This document shows, piece after piece, positions 11,980 to 23,307 of a DNA stretch of 64,000 nt. This DNA comes from Phaeosaccion multiseriatum (lineage: Eukaryota; Protista; Ochrophyta, other classes): positions 1,240,001-1,304,000 of the forward strand of contig OZ218960.1 in the NCBI GenBank assembly GCA_965112735.1, written 5' to 3'. A model generated the notes under the pieces. That model had not been told where the DNA came from and did no database searches. It saw nothing but the letters and a program-made list of their open reading frames with translations. The translations under genes were made by a program, and so were the position numbers. Within the stretch, counting starts at the first letter, position 1. Each line of letters starts with the position of its first letter.

Positions 11980-13688
11980 TCAGTGCTGTAGACTCCAGTA
12001 GTCTGACCCTTCTGAATGGCGTTGCAGTCCCACTTCTGCTGCGTGCTTGCGGAGGAAGCTTTGAAAGCTTTCAAAGTGAGAAAGCTCACCGTGCAGTCGC
12101 TGGTGTCTTATCAAGTAAGCGTGAAGGTCCCATGAGTTAAAGTGAATGCGACCCGTACCATCATCATGAGGGGGGGCGAAGCTCTTCACGTGACCGCGTA
12201 GAGAGGAGAGCAGCTCCTTCCTCGCCTCTTCTTTCGTCTTGTCCATCTCCAGTACCTCTTCGCAGCCCGGTCGCGCTCTCGACGCGAGAAGCGCGAGCTC
12301 AGTTCGAAGCTTCTGCGAGTCCTCCTTCTCCGCCCGAAGCTCCTCCTGGAGGTACTTACGCGCCTCCTCTGAGACTCGCACCTGCTCGTGGAGGCGGGCA
12401 CTGACCTCCGATAGCTCTGCCGTCATTCTTTCCTCCACCGCCTTCACCTCCTTCACACACGCAGTTCGAAGCTTCTGCGAGTCCTCCTGCTCCGCTCGAA
12501 GCTCCTCCTGGAGGTACTTACGCGCCTCCTCTGAGACTCGCACCTGCTCGTGGAGACGGGCACTGATCTCCGATAGCTCTGCCGTCATCCTTTCCTCCAC
12601 CACCTTCACCTCTGTCACACACCCAAACAAGGGGGCAGGAAAAGAGAGGAGGGAGGGCGACAAGTGTCTCATGTGCAGGTGAATAGTAAAAGCGAAAGCA
12701 AGCGCTACAGCAGTGGTTGCGGCTGCGCACCTTTCGCGGTGGTGCTGATGAACCGCTCGATCAGCGCGCTGATAGAGTTTGACTCTAAGCGCGAGCTGGT
12801 GGTCGCGTCAACCGCCGCCTACATGATGAATATGGCCAGAGCCAGCGAGCAGGGAGTGTACAGAGCGGAGTCAAGGAGGAAAGCTGAGCAAGGGCAGCTT
12901 GGGAAAGGACGCAGACCCCAATGACTTGCCTTGGCAATCTTCCTGTACGCAGGGTTATGGCTGGAAAGGAAGGCCCGAGGGTCCGACTTGATCTTGTCAA
13001 TCTCTTTCTCCTGTTTGGTTAAAGGAGAGGGGCGGCGAAGCAGGGAACTATGAGTTAAGGGGGGGGGGCTGCGCGACTGAGACGTGGCTTCGCTCTTACC
13101 GCCACATCGGGGGCCATGGTCTGCCGCATGAGCTCTAGCCCCTCCTTCAGCGAGGCCTCGGCCTCGGCCCTCTCGAGCTGGGCCTGGTTGAGGTTCCCAT
13201 GCGGGGGAGAGGTCAGCCCAGCTGAGGTGGGAGAGTGCGACTCAGCACAAAAGAGACGACTTCCCACTCACCTCAGCGCTCGCCCTAACCGCTGTGCGGA
13301 TGTCTTCCGCATGTTGTCGAGTAGCCCTCTCGCTCTCGCTCTCATCTTTCTCCCTCTCATGCTCCTCCTGCTGCTGGTCCTGTTCATTGTCTTCCGCAAG
13401 AAAGAGGTCAAACTCCTCGGACGCCAGGCCTAGCTCATCGCTGGCCCTTTCGTCCTGGGCGGGATCGCCAAGAAGGCTGGACCAAGACTCGCTCGGCGTC
13501 GAAAACGGTGCACGTTCTGAAGCCCGCTCTTTCTCCGCTCTTTTGCCTTTGGCCACACGTTGATCACGGTAGTGCTCCATTTCGCGCTGCCTCCGTTGCT
13601 CGTGCTGCTCCTCCTGTTGGAGCTGCTTCTGGTGGTGCTTCTTCTCTTCCACTAAAGTGCTCTCCATGCCGCTCTGCGGGCCGGCCAA
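11980..13688 (-). pseudogene. Family copy B, with 54-aa tandem duplication and C-terminal small domain; possibly pseudogenised
   Basis: Exons homologous to copy A (NLNQAQLERAEAEASLKEGLELM; EKEIDKIKSDP..AYRKIAK; EVKVVEERMTAELSE). The exon-2 acceptor reads CAT instead of CAG (about 13199-13201), and no clean start is visible. Confidence 0.5.
12300..12611. repeat. 162-bp in-frame tandem duplication
   Basis: EVKVVEERMTAELSEISARLHEQVRVSEEARKYLQEELRAEQEDSQKLRT occurs twice. Confidence 0.9.
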
Positions 13689-13719
13689 TCCAAGGAACCC
13701 TTTTTTTATTCCCCCGGGG

Positions 13720-13896
13720 TGTTGTAGGTCGATGCCATTTGTGATATGCGAATTACTTACGCACGTCGTTAAGGAACCTGGGTTTCCCTCTCAGAGCTTG
13801 GTTGTGTAAGGACAGAGCGGCCAGCAGGCTTGCTCTCGGGTTAAGCTGTATTGATACACATTCCAGTAGCTCACACTTGTCTAGTAGTCTGATTGA
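13720..13896. repeat. ~175-bp dispersed repeat, copy 1 (carries the empty MITE site)
   Basis: tgttgtaggtcgatgccatttgtgatatgcgaattac..ttaagctgtatt..ctagtagtctgattga; closely matches 14496-14981 once the MITE is removed. Confidence 0.85.
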
Positions 13897-14133
13897 CTAT
13901 TTACAGTGGCAGCTAAGTGCACAGCCTCAACCACCGCGCGATCCTCGCGATAGAACACCACCATCTCGGCGGCGGGATGAGGCGCGGCATATGGAGCGAA
14001 CAAGGTGCCAACCTTGTGAGTGCGACTCCGTGCGGGTGGATGTTCAGCCGGCCCTTAGATGGACTGCACGCTAAGCCAAAGGGTGCGCGGCAGCCGTGAC
14101 TGAGAGTGGACTGAGGCCTTTGGTCTCGCGTCG

Positions 14134-16075
14134 CTAGTGGGAGGAGGGGAGGCGGGTTGAGCAGCCGAACAAGAGAATGAATTGGGCATACACACTGTTG
14201 TTCAGTCCCAGGGACATAAACGTGGCAGCAATGCTACAATCAAAGAAGGCACTCTGCTTCAGTGTCCACCTGTCCTGCCACCCTCGTTTCACCCCTAGTT
14301 CCGCTCCATGCTTGTGAAGGAAGCGGCGAAAGCTTCCAAATCTAATCTCTGCAGTTTTCGTAAGTAGCTGTGAAGCGCCTCTGAAGAAAAGGAATGCCTT
14401 AGTCTCTTGTGCCCAGTACGATACTTGGCGTAGCGAATCACATGAGGGCGGAGAGATACAACACCAATTTCGACTCTTCTTTCGTCTTCTTCTCTTGTTG
14501 TAGGTCGATGCCATTTGTGATATGCGAATTACTGACGCACGTCGCTCAGGAGCCTGGGTTCCTCTCTCAGAGCCTGGTTGTGTAAGGACAGAGCGGTCAG
14601 CAGGCTTGCTCTCGAGTTAAGCTGTATTAAAATAACAACAGAGACTCATCTAGTACTGTGATTTCGCGGTTGAGTGGCACATTTGACGCCCCGTGAATTT
14701 TTTTGACGCCAAATGACGATTACTCTGACGACGTTTGACGACTTTTGAACCCCCTTTTTTACCCACTTTAAAGCCCTATTTGACGCTTTTACGTGATTTT
14801 TTTTAGACGAAATTAAGGCGAATAAAGGTAAGAGGGCGTCAAAAGGCGTCAAAATGCGTCAAACAGGGCTTAAAAGTGGGTTAAAAAGGGGTTCAAAAGT
14901 CGTCAAACGTCGTCAAAGTAATCGACATTTGGCGTAAAAAATGCCACTCAACCGCGAAATCACAGTTAGTAGTCTAATTGAAAAAAATCTTCTTCAAGGC
15001 GGGTTGCTCTCGAGGCGAGAAGGGTGAGCTCAGTTCGCAGCTCCTCGATGGCTCGGCGCGACCCCTCCTCTTCAGCGCGAAGCTTCTCCTGCAGGGCCTT
15101 GTGGTCCTCCTCCGACATGCGCACCTGTTCGTGCAGGCGCTCGCTCAAGCCCGAAAGCTCTGCGGCCATGTCCTCCTGGAGCACCTTCACCTCTGTAAGT
15201 TCATCACGGGGCAGTAGAGAGAAAGGGGGGTTTAACAAGGCAGCACGAGTGACAGCTGTATACTATCGGGAGCAAGTGCCACACACAGGGTAGAAGAGAG
15301 CGGGGGGGGATTGAGACTAGCCACGTAGCTCTCATCGCGGCGCACCTGCGGCCGTTACGTCGAGGTAGCACGAGTCAAGGGCCTTGATGGCCACCGACGT
15401 GCATGAGGCGTTCTGCTCGATGTCCACCAGCATCTGTCTCCAGCGGCGCGGCCAGACAGGAGAGACCACATGCAAGACATCCATGTAGGTAGCGATCCCA
15501 TCTCATGAGCCTGTCGTTAAGTAGCGTTTCACCCCTGCATCGCCTGTCTCACCTTCGCGATCTCTCGATAAGCCGGAATACGGTGGGAAAGGAAGGCGAC
15601 GGGGTCCTCCCTAATCTTGCCTACTTCGGTCGCCTGGAACGAGAAGGAAGTGGGGGTGACTTTTTCAAGAGTCTTCGATCACTCTTCTCAAGCCAAACCA
15701 CTCGCTCTTACCACAGTTTGTTCAGAGTTGGTGTCGCGCATCAAACCCAGCCAGTACTCTAACGAGTCTTCTGCCTCGCTCTTGTCCTGCCTTGCGCTGG
15801 CGAGCTTCGCCTGCGAGGCATCATACAGTAAGCCCGGGGGGCGAAAGACTGCAGTTGGCAAGTTGTCTCGTGACTCAACGACTCGGAGTACAGCTACCCC
15901 AAGGCAACGCTCTCTCTCGACGCAGCAGACGTGCAGTGCGTTGTTGGTAGCCAAGCCGCTGCCACTTCGATCTTCTCTTCCTTACTTCAATATGGTTCCT
16001 TGTGGCAGCTCGATAGAGGTCCGCATTGAAGACGGTGAGGCTGGTCTCCTCACTCTGCACCGGAAGGTCGGCCAT
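14134..16075 (-). CDS. Family copy D (5 exons), truncated at 14966 by insertions; detached degenerate C-terminal domain at 14134-14495
   Basis: MADLPVQSEETSL..NHIE | AKLASARQDKSEAEDSLEYWLGLMRDT | ATEVGKIREDP..AYREIAK | MLVDIEQNA..IKALDSCYL | EVKVLQEDMAAELSGLSERL. The distal FGSFRRFLHKHGAELGV matches copy B FESFQSFLRKHAAEVGL. Confidence 0.65.
14496..14981. repeat. ~175-bp dispersed repeat, copy 2, interrupted by MITE and inserted in last exon of family copy D
   Basis: Same sequence as 13720-13896. Removing it rejoins LEEDF-L-EKKTKEE in frame, matching copy B EEVLEMDKTKEE. Confidence 0.75.
14655..14966. mobile_element. 312-bp foldback MITE, 25-bp perfect TIRs, 4-bp TSD (TAGT)
   Basis: actgtgatttcgcggttgagtggca (14655-14679) / tgccactcaaccgcgaaatcacagt (14942-14966). 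TAGT at 14651-14654 and 14967-14970. Internal arms are also inverted, the element is AT-rich, and an empty site exists at about 13880-13896. Confidence 0.9.
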
Positions 16076-16226
16076 GTCGGGTGGGAAGGAAGGGGTATGA
16101 GCGAGAGTAGGTTTGCTTGCTGCAAGGGGGGGGGGGGGGGCTTGGTTGTTTGTAAAAAAGACTTGCCAATTGGACTGGAAGAAAAGGGTTCTTCCCTCAC
16201 AGGCGGCGCTTTTGCCCCCCATCCCC

Positions 16227-17362
16227 ATGGAGCAACAGCCACTCTACAGGAGCTGCAAGCGCTACAACAAAAGCATGAGTCCGAGGAGGAGGGCCTCCCC
16301 TACTGGAGAGACCGTAGCGGGCAGCAGAGGAGAGGGAGGGGATGGAGAAGATGAGCCGTGGCTACGAGTTGCTCGTGTAGCTGGAGGCGCTGTTCCCGAG
16401 GAGTCGGAGCGGGAGGTGGAGATGGGCTGGTGCTTGCTTAATAGAGCGGAGGGCGAGCTTAAAGCCTGGGCGACAAACCTGGACGAAGCGGGGGCGACAC
16501 AGAGGAAAGGGGAATCCCCTCATTCTGAAGGCTCAGACGCGGTACACGCCCCGGCCCATGGCTACGACGGAGAGGACCTATTGTTCAGCACAGGCAGCGG
16601 CTGCGGTCTTCGGAGGAGAAGGAGAAGTAGTACGAGGAGCACGAGCGAAGGGCCTATGAGTCGAAGTAGCCCCAAGCCGCTGTTGTCCGGGGGAAAGCCT
16701 CAGCGGAGGGCGGCTAGGAGTACTGATGGAGACTCCATCGGGGAGGAAGATGCCTGCATGAACCGCTCCTGCTCCTGGGTTCGCGTTGCCGAGCCAGCGC
16801 CCCCCCCCCCTCCCTCGATTGGGGAGTCCAGTCGCCCTCGCACGCCCTATGAGGAGGAAACGCAGTCTTGGCTGGACTGGGGCACGTCTCGTCTCTGGGG
16901 GGCAGTCCCACGCCGCCGTGAAACGCCTCGGTGGAGGTGACGGCAGGAGATACGCTCAGCTGAGATATAGTCACCGATGCTTGCCTCCCTGCTGGACTGC
17001 CGAAGTAGACTGGGGCGGACGGACGAAGAGTCATCGGAGTGACGAGCAGGCAGGCAGGCAGGCAGGCCGACAGACGGGGGAGGAAGGAGGGAGGTTGCTC
17101 CCTCCTCCACGCTCTCCGGCAGGACCGCCCGCCCGTATGCTCCTGCATACTCTGCAGCATTGCACCCAAGTCCTTCGCTCGACCAAGTCCCAAGGACTTG
17201 GGCCCAGAGCTCAGGGGCCTCCTCTGCTTTTCGCTCCGTATGATGTATGAGCAAGACAGGAAGGAGAGCGCGAGGCGGGCAATCGCATCGGGAGCGGAGG
17301 AGGTGACTCGCACGACTTCGGTACTTGGGAGGCTGATTGGGTGGCCCCGGATGGGTGAGTGA
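16227..17362 (+). CDS. Truncated paralog of the J-domain gene (no J domain); possibly pseudogene
   Basis: EPWLRVARVAGG..EMGWCLL matches ECWLRVRLAGQG..TGWCLS of 9526-11493, in the same head-to-head position relative to a family copy. Confidence 0.45.
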
Positions 17363-17576
17363 TTCAACGAGGGCGTGGAGGCAACAACGGGAAGATTTGT
17401 CCGAATCAGGAAGGACGGCACCGGCCTGCTCTTTCACCGGTATTCTTTGTGCAAATCAAGAAGAAGGTAAAGCGCTCTGCCGCATCTTAAGGACGGAAAA
17501 CACTTCTCCACCTATATAGACAGACAATGTATGTATGTGCTATCGGACACGCACACAAAGAGACGACTGGTACGAG

Positions 17577-20500
17577 TCAACCTGTCGGCGCTTCGGTATG
17601 ACTACCGTCATTCGCGAAGCTGCTGCTGCTGTAACTGCGGCTGCTACTGCCACGGCTGCCACTACTGCGGCTGTTGGACCCCCCCGCGCTCCCCGCCGTG
17701 TCGATTCGACCCTCCGCATCGAAATCAAAGTCGACATCAGAATCGAAGCTCCCCGTATCCCCCTCTGCAGTGCCTGGCAGCAAGCTCCGTCGCCCACTAT
17801 CCAGGGCCCCGAGTCCGTAGCTGTCCGGGGTGCTTCTTCTGCCCATAGGACTGCTTCTGTTGCTGCTTCTGCTGCTGCTACTCTTGTAGCCGTCCCCTCC
17901 CTCCGCCCCCTCTGACCCGGTGACAGCACGCGGAGCACCAGGCAGCAGAAGCGACGGGAGGGAGGAAGAGGACTCCATGGACTCCATGGGCATCTGCGGC
18001 AGCGGTGGTAGTGTGACTTCGGCCTCACTTTCCGTCGACTTGTCATTCCGTTGCTGCCCCGTACGAATGCTGCCAGACTGAGTGCTGCTGCTGTGGCCGA
18101 GGGGTCTATTGCCGCTTCCATCCTCGCCCTGACTCACCTCCTTGCCCCCCAAGGAGGAGTCGCTTCGCACCCCTCTGCTGGTGGTGCCAAGAATGGGCCC
18201 GCCCCCCATCCCTCTACCGCTCATCATGCTGCTGCTGCTGCTGCTGCTGCTACTCGAGGGAGCTAGGGTAGGCATCGCCACCGTACTGCTGCTTCCTTTC
18301 CTCTTGTCTGCCCCCCAGCGCTGATCCTTGCTGCTGCTGCTGCTGCTGCTGCTGCCGCCGTAGCTATTGGTCCGAGTCAAGTGAGTTACACTTGACACAC
18401 TTGAGAGAGTTGGCTGGTCGCGCCCGGCAGCTTCCTCTCCAGTGCCCTCGCTTGGCCTTGCTTCCTCGCTTCGGTTCTCCCCTTGTTCTTGCTGAGATTG
18501 CTCCGCTTGTCGCTTCGCCCCAGTCTTGTCCTTCGTCACCCCCACCACATCTGCAGCTGCCCGATTCTCTGTTCCATTCTCTCTCTCCAGCACCGGCGTT
18601 GGTGCTTCGACACGCTCAGCACTCCCCCTCCCCTCCCTCTCTTTTCGACCGAGCTCTCCGCCCTCCTCCTCCTGTCCTTCCTCCTCTCTCCCCTCGTTCT
18701 CCTCCTCCACCACCTTCTCCTCCTCCACCACCAAATCCTCCTCCTCCACATCCTGCCGTTCCTCCTCCTCTTCCTCCGCCTTCTCCTCCTTCTCTCTCCC
18801 CTCGTCCTCTTCCCCTTGCCTTGTACCTCCTTCCACCTCGTCGACCGAAGGAAGTCTCGACAGTCTCCCCTCCGCGCCCTCCTCCCCACCCGCGGCAGCT
18901 TCCACCCACTCGATGGGTGGGCTCTTTCGCATCGGCACCAGCTCCTCCTCCTCCTCCTCCTCCTCCTCCTCCTCCTCCTCCTCCTCCTCCTCCTCCTCCT
19001 CCTCCTCCTCCTCCTCCTCCTCCTCTTCCTCCTCCTCCTCCTCCTCCTCCTCCTCCTCCTCCTCTGCGTCGTCCCACGCATCATGCTTTCGTCCCCTCCC
19101 CTCCAAATGGTCGATGACGTGTTCCTCATCTACCTCTTCGAAGTCGTCGTCAAACGCCGCCATTGAAACGCCACTACACGAGCTCCTGCTCCTCTCGCTG
19201 CGATGACTTGGTAGCGCCCCCCCAGCTTCTTCCTCTGCTGCTGTTGCTGTATCACCAACCACCGCAGTGTCCCCAGCCCTCACGGCTCGTCCCTCGTGGG
19301 CATCCTCCTGCTTCCCCGGGAGTTGGCGGCGAGGGGGAGATGGAGAAGGGTCGCGATGTGATCCCAAGGGGGACAAGTCGTAATGCTCCATCGTTTCAAA
19401 GTCGTCGTCAAAGCCGTGATCCTCCGAACCTGTCTCTGACTCTGACCCTGACCATGACCCTGACCCCGCGGTCTCAGGCTTCCGGTGGTGGTGGTTGCTA
19501 AAGCCACCACCACTGCTGCCACTGCTGCCACTGCTGCTGCTGCTGCTGCTGCTGCTGCGATAATTGTCCAAGCCCGTGGACAGTAAATCATTGGAGGTGC
19601 AGTCACTCCCAAAGCCAAGCGCACCGCCATCAACCCCTTGGGCATCCAACACCAACATCAGCGACCCTCCTTCTCCAGCGGCCCCCCCATCACCGGGTGA
19701 CCTTCGCTTCGAGCCCCGTCTCTTGCCCGAAGCTGAACCTCCTCCGTCTCCTCCACTGCTACCGGTGCTACCCAGACTAATCATGCTATTCGCGTTCAAC
19801 GACGCTCCATCCCCGCCGCCGCTGACACGTGGGCGCTTCTTCCCCATGCCTCCTCCTTCGCGCCTCGTCCCCTCCAGGCTGGATTTTGATGACTTACCAC
19901 CACCACCACCGGTGGGAGAGGGATTCCTTGGCGATAACCCCCGTCCATCTCTGCGGCCCCTGCCTCGGGCCCCGACCTTGCCTGGACCATTCTTACCCAC
20001 AGCACCTCCTCTTCCTCCTCCTGCTGTTTCTCCCAGCAGGGCTTCCTCTGCCTTGCGTCTTCTCCTCGCCCTTGTGATCCCCTTCCTCTGCCGTTTGCGT
20101 TGCTTCTCGAGCTTCATCTTCTTCTCCAGTATCTCTTGTTCCCTGCGAGCCTTCTCCGCTTCCTCCTTCTTCTGCTTGAGCTGCTGCGCCTTTCGAAGGG
20201 CTGCGTCCCTCTCTGCCCTCTCCCGCTCCTTCTCCTCCTTCTCTCGGTCTCTTTGTTGTATCCTTGCCTCCTCCTCCCTCGCCTTCACCGCCGCTTGTAT
20301 CTTGGCAATCACCACGGCCTGCTCCTTCCTCTTGACCGCATTTTCCCTCGCCTGAATCACGCACCGCCGCTTCTCCGCCTCCAACTTTTCCGCCAACACC
20401 GCTCGACGCGCATCCTCCTCCTTCTTCTTCTCCTCTTCCATCCGCCTCTCCTCTATCCTCTGCTGTTTGGCCGCCCGGATGAGCGCCTTAACCTGCTGCT

Positions 20501-22944
20501 TGTGTGCCAAATACTTTTGCTCCAACAGCTTGTGCCTCTCCACAGCATCTTTCTTCCGCTGCGCCTCTCGTTTCAAAGCTGCAATCTCTCGCATCCGAAT
20601 CTCCTTCACCCAGCGAAGTGCCTTCTCCTGGTCGTGGTCGTGGATGGTCTGTAACTTGCTCGACACGCGCACCTCCGACAACAGCGCGTATCGAGCCTTC
20701 ATCTCCTTCACATGCGCCTCCCAGCTAGGCAGGCTATGAACATCCACCTCTGACTTCGGACCTTCGCCCAAGACCATGGAGCGGGTCCTTAGCTTCTCCT
20801 TGTCCGGCGGCTGCTCTTGCCACGGTCCCTGGCTCGCAGCAGCAGCCCCAGCTGCAGCGGTCAGTCGGGTAGTGGTCCCACTTGGGCATGGACCACCACC
20901 ATCACCGCCGTGCTTCCTCCTGCTACTATTGGTACTACTGGTTCTGCTGCTGCTGCTTGTAACGTTGGTGGCTTTACTGCTCGTTGTGCCCATTGCTGAG
21001 GCAGCAGCACTGCCCCCCTTGCTGGCATGCACCCCCCACCCAAAGATGCCTGTCCGCAGACGGCTGCGCTTCGCCTTGTACGAGCTAGTCCCCTCTCGGA
21101 AACCGTTGTCGTCCATCCGATGGCCACTGCTTTTACCACCCCCACCACCTTCTCCTCCTCCTCCTCCTTTGCCACCGTCACCGTTGCCGTCGCCCGGACC
21201 GCTAACGGTGCTTTGCCGTCGTTGGCTCCGAGTCTCCAGAAACACTCTCTTGTGCTTCCTCCTCATGCTCTCAAGGGTTTCCCCCTTCTCCATATTCGTG
21301 ACCGCCGCCACCACAGATGTGCCCAACACTCCTGCATCACTTTGGGACACCCGCCGACTGAGCACCGCTTTACGCTTGTCGCTCACGAGGGCATGATACA
21401 TGTCCATCTTACTGTTGCGCACCCGATTCACGTAGATGAGGACCTGTACTCTGATGGCAGTCATCGCCCATGCCTTGCGCACCAGCCGCTTGCGATAGCG
21501 GACGCTCATGGCCTCGTAGAGCTTCCTCTCTGCCCGCCGGAGGGCGAGGGACCGGGCCTTCTGCAGGGTTTCCAGTCGGTCACGCGTCTCCTCCACCAAA
21601 TCGCCAGCGAAGTAGTCCGCGTCCAGGAACACTTTGAGTATGCGCCGATCGCTGAGTCGCTTTCGCAGATCCCTGTGTTGTTGTGAGTGGTGTGGTAGGG
21701 GCAGTACATGTCAGTGGTACAGGGGGGGAGGGACGGAGGAGAGGGGAGGAGAGGGAACGGGGGAGAGGTTGGGGGTTAGGGGCAAGAGGGTATAGAGGGG
21801 GTGAGAAACACAGAAGAGCATACGGCGTCGGCAGAAGGCCATGATAGGAAGGCCAGCGACCGCTCAAAGTGCTCTTCAGTAGCCAGGGCGAGACCTCACT
21901 TATTTGCTCCTTCTTTCGCTTCACTCCCCTCCTCCCGCTCCTCCTCCTCCCTGTCTCGACTGCGCCGTGCAGCTCATCCAACCCATCGTCTACCCTCTGT
22001 TCGACCTTGAGTCTCTTGACTTACTTACTGACTTACCACTGCATGTGCATACCCCGGGCCCATGCGGTCACTCGGTTGACAGCGGCAAGTCTCCTGGCCG
22101 CGATCTTCCTCTGCACATGTCCCCGCCATACCCGCTGCAAGTCAAGCGCCTTCTCCCCTTTCCAAATCTCGTACTTCTTCCGCAGCTCCTCCCTCTCCGC
22201 TCTCCGGCGCTGCTCGGCCCTTCGTCTCTCTTGAATGGCGACGATCTTTGCCTCCGCCTCCAACGCGGCTATTCGATCCGCCTCGTGCCTCTGAGACAAA
22301 ATCTCCACTCGACTGATCTTATCCGTGAGGAGAGGCGCAGCGGGAGATGGCATACCTGCGACCGCTCTCGGCCGCCGTCGGCGATTCTGCTGGCGGTAAG
22401 GGACGGCAATCGTGCTCCTTGTGCTGTTGTGGTATCTGTTAGCGCCTTGCTGGGAGGGCTCACTGTTGCCGGCCTTGGGTCTACCAGCAGGGCTAAGTAG
22501 CGGAAGGTCGAGTTCATGTCGTTGCTGCAGCTGTTGTTGACTGTACTGCTGCCACCCACCTCCATCCGCACTCCCCCCTCCCCCGTCTCCTCCTCCATCT
22601 CCTCCCACCGAGGCGGCAGACTGCTGCTGCTTCAGGGCTTGGAGCTTCGCTTGGAGCTTCGCCTGCGACCTCAAAATTTCCCGTCGTTCGGCCGCCAATT
22701 TGCGTCTCTGCGTCTCTGCTTTGGAAAGAGTGGGCGAGGACGCAGCAGCCCCCCCCACCCCAACCTGCATGTGCCCCCCATTGAGGCCTACCCTCGTGGG
22801 GGAGGCGAGCTCCACGGACGCCACCGCTGCAGACACTGCAGCAAGCTCTAGACCCTCCCCGTCGCTCGCTAGCGGCGGAAGGGACGCCATCTTCTGCTGC
22901 TGCTGCTGCTGCTCTTGCTGTCGGCGGCGCACTGTTGCCGCCAT
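17577..22944 (-). CDS. Large IQ-motif, coiled-coil and acidic low-complexity protein (2 exons)
   Basis: Exon 22944-22037 (LQRVWRGHVQRK, IQ-like) splices in frame (TG|G) to a 4.1-kb exon 21672-17577 with an E/K/R coiled coil and poly-E. Confidence 0.7.
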
Positions 22945-23307
22945 CCTGTTGCCCCCATCCCCCTTTTACCCTCTATGTTTGATCAGGACGTCCGGAGTTC
23001 CTTCGTTCCGCCGTCGCTTCCCCTTTCTCTTCTTCTCTTCTACACTATACTGATGAGGCTTCGCTCTGCTGTCCTCTTCCTCTGTTCTAAGGGCCGGGTT
23101 CTCATGGGAGGGAAAATGGCTCACAGAGACTGTTACAGACAATTGCTCATTTGCGTTCAAATTTCAGAGCCATTCACAAATGGACATGGTCGAGTTGGTT
23201 CTCTTTCTCAAACAAATTTCAAATTTCAAAGTCCTTCCCTTCAAGCAAACAAGGGAAGGTGGACGACGGCTGCAGGCAGGAAGCCAAAGACATAATACAA
23301 GGGCGGC

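Noticed and set aside
14496-14640. Solo LTR (TGTTG...CAACA)
   Set aside because: No matching TSD, the other copy lacks the CAACA end, and homology extends beyond 14640
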